Source of the DNA: an uncultured Chloroflexia bacterium
GTDB lineage: Bacteria > Chloroflexota > Limnocylindria > Limnocylindrales > CSP1-4
Direction of reading: 5' to 3'
Length of the DNA stretch: 64,000 nt
Assembly (NCBI GenBank): GCA_963741085.1
Contig: CAVUGM010000001.1
Location: 124,558 to 188,557 of the forward strand
The position numbers were made by a program, and so were the translations under genes. Shown here in pieces: positions 62,151 to 64,000 of the stretch. Each line of letters starts with the position of its first letter. Position 1 is the first letter of the stretch. Below the pieces are notes generated by a model. That model was not told the DNA's origin, made no database searches, and worked only from the letters and a program-made list of their open reading frames with translations.

Positions 62151-63140
62151 CTACCGGGTCGCGCCAGCCTCCGACGGAGTGAACGGCGGCAGGCCAAGTC
62201 GGCCCGTCCCGAACCGCGTGCCGGCCCGACCCCAGGCCAGGGCGGCGGCGTCCTCGAGGCGCCCGATCGCGGCGAACCGTCCTCCCGAGCGCACGAAGTC
62301 GGCGCAGGCCCGGATCTTCGGCCCCATCGACCCGGCCGGCCACGCGTTTGCCTCGAGGCCGGCCAAGGCCTCCTCGGGTGACATCCGGCGGATCGCCTCC
62401 GCCTGGTCGGTGCCCCAGCCGCGGTAGACCGCGTCGACGTCGGTCAACAGGAGCAGGGCGTCCGCGCCGACCGAGCGGGCCAGCACCACGGCGGCCAGGT
62501 CCTTGTCGATGACCGCCTCGCGGCCCTCGTGCCGTCCGTCCGGGAGCTCGGCGACCGGGATGCCACCCCCGCCCGAGGCGACGACGAGTGCGCCGGCCTC
62601 CACGAGCGTGCGGATGGACGGCGCCTCGACGATCCGGAGCGGCATCGGAGACGGGACCACCCGGCGCCAGTGCTTCCCGTCGGGCGCGATCGACCAGCCT
62701 CGCTCGACGGCATGCGCGCGGGCAGTCGCCTCGTCGTAGATGGGTCCGACGGGCTTGGTCGGGTTCTCGAACGCCGGGTCGTCTCCGCGGACCACCACCT
62801 GGCTGACGACCACCGCGATCTCCCGGGTGATGCCCCGCTCGAGGAATGCGGCGTGGAGCGCCTGGGACATCAGATAGCCGATCTGGCCCTGGGACTCGGC
62901 GCCCAGGACATCGAGCGGCGGCGCCGGCACGACATCCGCTGCCATCTCGGCCGCGATCGCGAGGAACCCCACCTGGGGGCCGTTGCCGTGGGTCAGGACG
63001 ATCTCCGCGCCGCTCCGCTCAGCCAGGTCGACGAGGGCCCGGGCGGCCTTCTCCAGGTTGTGTCTCTGGACCTCGGTGGAGCCAGGCTCTCCACGCCGGA
63101 TGAGGGCGTTGCCCCCGAGGGCGACGGCGATCCGGGTCAT
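62151..63140 (-). CDS. arcC: carbamate kinase
   Basis: MTRIAVALGGNAL...VLTHGNGPQVG...ESQGQIGY...VVASGGGGIPV...VIDKDLAA...LLLLTDVDAVY. Confidence 0.9.
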   Translation of the reverse strand: MTRIAVALGGNALIRRGEPGSTEVQRHNLEKAARALVDLAERSGAEIVLTHGNGPQVGFLAIAAEMAADVVPAPPLDVLGAESQGQIGYLMSQALHAAFLERGITREIAVVVSQVVVRGDDPAFENPTKPVGPIYDEATARAHAVERGWSIAPDGKHWRRVVPSPMPLRIVEAPSIRTLVEAGALVVASGGGGIPVAELPDGRHEGREAVIDKDLAAVVLARSVGADALLLLTDVDAVYRGWGTDQAEAIRRMSPEEALAGLEANAWPAGSMGPKIRACADFVRSGGRFAAIGRLEDAAALAWGRAGTRFGTGRLGLPPFTPSEAGATR

Positions 63141-63251
63141 CCCAGGCGCTCCCCACGGCGATCGCCGCCGTTGCCCACGTCGCGGAACTCACGCAGCCCG
63201 TGGGCACGGCGGGCATCGACGGCAAGGAATTGTTCGGTCATGCGTCGACCT

Positions 63252-64000
63252 CTATGCCGTGGCGCCGGACGTTGCCGCGGCCTCGCGGGCACGCGCGATC
63301 ACGTCCTCGAGGAGGTTGCCGAGGTCCGGGCAGTCGGGCTCGGCGTCGAGCTCTTCGAGCTCGTAGCGGACCCGGACCACCGGCTTCTCGAGCGTCAGGA
63401 CCCTGGTGAGGTCGATCGGGTTGGCCGCCAGCACCAGGTCCGCCGGCATCGCGTTCAGGGTCTGCTCGAGCTCGTCCATCTGCTCCCGCCCGTAGCCCAT
63501 CGCCGGCAGGAGGTGCTCGAGGTCCGGGTACTTGGCGAGCGTCCGGGCGAGCTCTCCGACGGCGTACGGCCGCGGGTCGACCATCTCGGCAGCGCCGAAA
63601 CGGCGCGCCGCGACGACGCCGGCGCCGTAGGTCATGCCGCCGTGGGTCAGCGTCGGGCCGTCCTCGACGATCGCCACGCGCTTGCCGGCAATGTCGCCGC
63701 CGACGAGCTGGAGCGCGGAGCGGGCCAGGATCACGTCGGCCCGCGGGTTCAGCCGGCAGACGTCGTCGCGCACGGTGGCGACCTGCTCGGGAGTTGCGCT
63801 GTCGACCTTGTTGATGACGACCACGTCGGCCATCCGGATGTTGGTCTCGCCGGGGTGGTAGTGCATCTCGTGGCCCGGGCGGAGCGGGTCGGCGACGACG
63901 ACGAAGAGGTCCGGCTTGTAGAACGGGAAGTCGTTGTTGCCGCCGTCCCACAGGACGACGTCGGCCTCCTTCTCGGCCTCGCGCAGGATCGCCTCGTAGT
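63252..64000 (-). CDS. Cyclic 2,3-diphosphoglycerate synthetase-like P-loop/GTPase-fold protein. Only the C-terminal part is present; the gene continues past the window end.
   Basis: ORF 63252..63866 extended upstream in frame reads YEAILREAEKEADVVLWDGGNNDFPFYKPDLFVVVADPLRPGHEMHYHPGETNIRMADVVVINKVD...DGPTLTHGGM. Confidence 0.65.
   Translation of the reverse strand, partial: YEAILREAEKEADVVLWDGGNNDFPFYKPDLFVVVADPLRPGHEMHYHPGETNIRMADVVVINKVDSATPEQVATVRDDVCRLNPRADVILARSALQLVGGDIAGKRVAIVEDGPTLTHGGMTYGAGVVAARRFGAAEMVDPRPYAVGELARTLAKYPDLEHLLPAMGYGREQMDELEQTLNAMPADLVLAANPIDLTRVLTLEKPVVRVRYELEELDAEPDCPDLGNLLEDVIARAREAAATSGATA

Noticed and set aside
63137-63241. 34-codon ORF (MTEQFLAVDARRAHGLREFRDVGNGGDRRGERLG) whose stop overlaps the arcC start (ATGA)
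   Set aside because: Its GC3 of about 70 percent is well below the ~90 percent or more seen in real genes here. The RBS is weak and there is no recognisable motif. It is probably just the arcC leader. It is noted only because of the start-stop overlap.

Overview
This is a very GC-rich bacterial chromosomal segment; third codon positions are almost all G or C. It holds about 60 tightly packed protein genes with many ATGA/GTGA start-stop overlaps. All family assignments come from reading motifs in the translated ORFs; no database search was run. Gene content and order suggest an actinobacterium-like high-GC lineage: comEA-comEC-holA, obg-nadD-rsfS, rho, pyrG, tkt...zwf-opcA-pgl, an F420-type LLM oxidoreductase, and a CUT1 sugar importer without its own ATPase. 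I found no rRNA, tRNA, CRISPR array, transposase, integrase or phage genes. Four things stand out. (1) About a dozen genes, including the essential pyrG, obg, holA and tkt, are broken by frameshifts. The frameshifts are clustered, and almost all are single-base insertions in short G/C runs. This looks like a consensus or polishing artefact rather than decay, but it needs checking. (2) A 13-kb divergent carbohydrate locus (20081-32992) combines a DeoR regulator and ABC importer with a class I DhnA/LsrF-type aldolase, an FGGY kinase, an AraA/FucI-like isomerase, an archaeal-type TIM paralogue, YjbQ and a HIBADH-type reductase. This combination matches no characterised pathway I know. (3) An SbcD/YhaO-like nuclease is paired with an SMC/Rad50-like ATPase whose coiled coil is interrupted by two predicted transmembrane helices. 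(4) There are several small oddities: a duplicated gene 5' end, a 3-blade propeller mini-protein, a G-tract repeat upstream of the tkt (pentose-phosphate) operon, and an internally duplicated hypothetical protein followed by a 51-aa membrane peptide.
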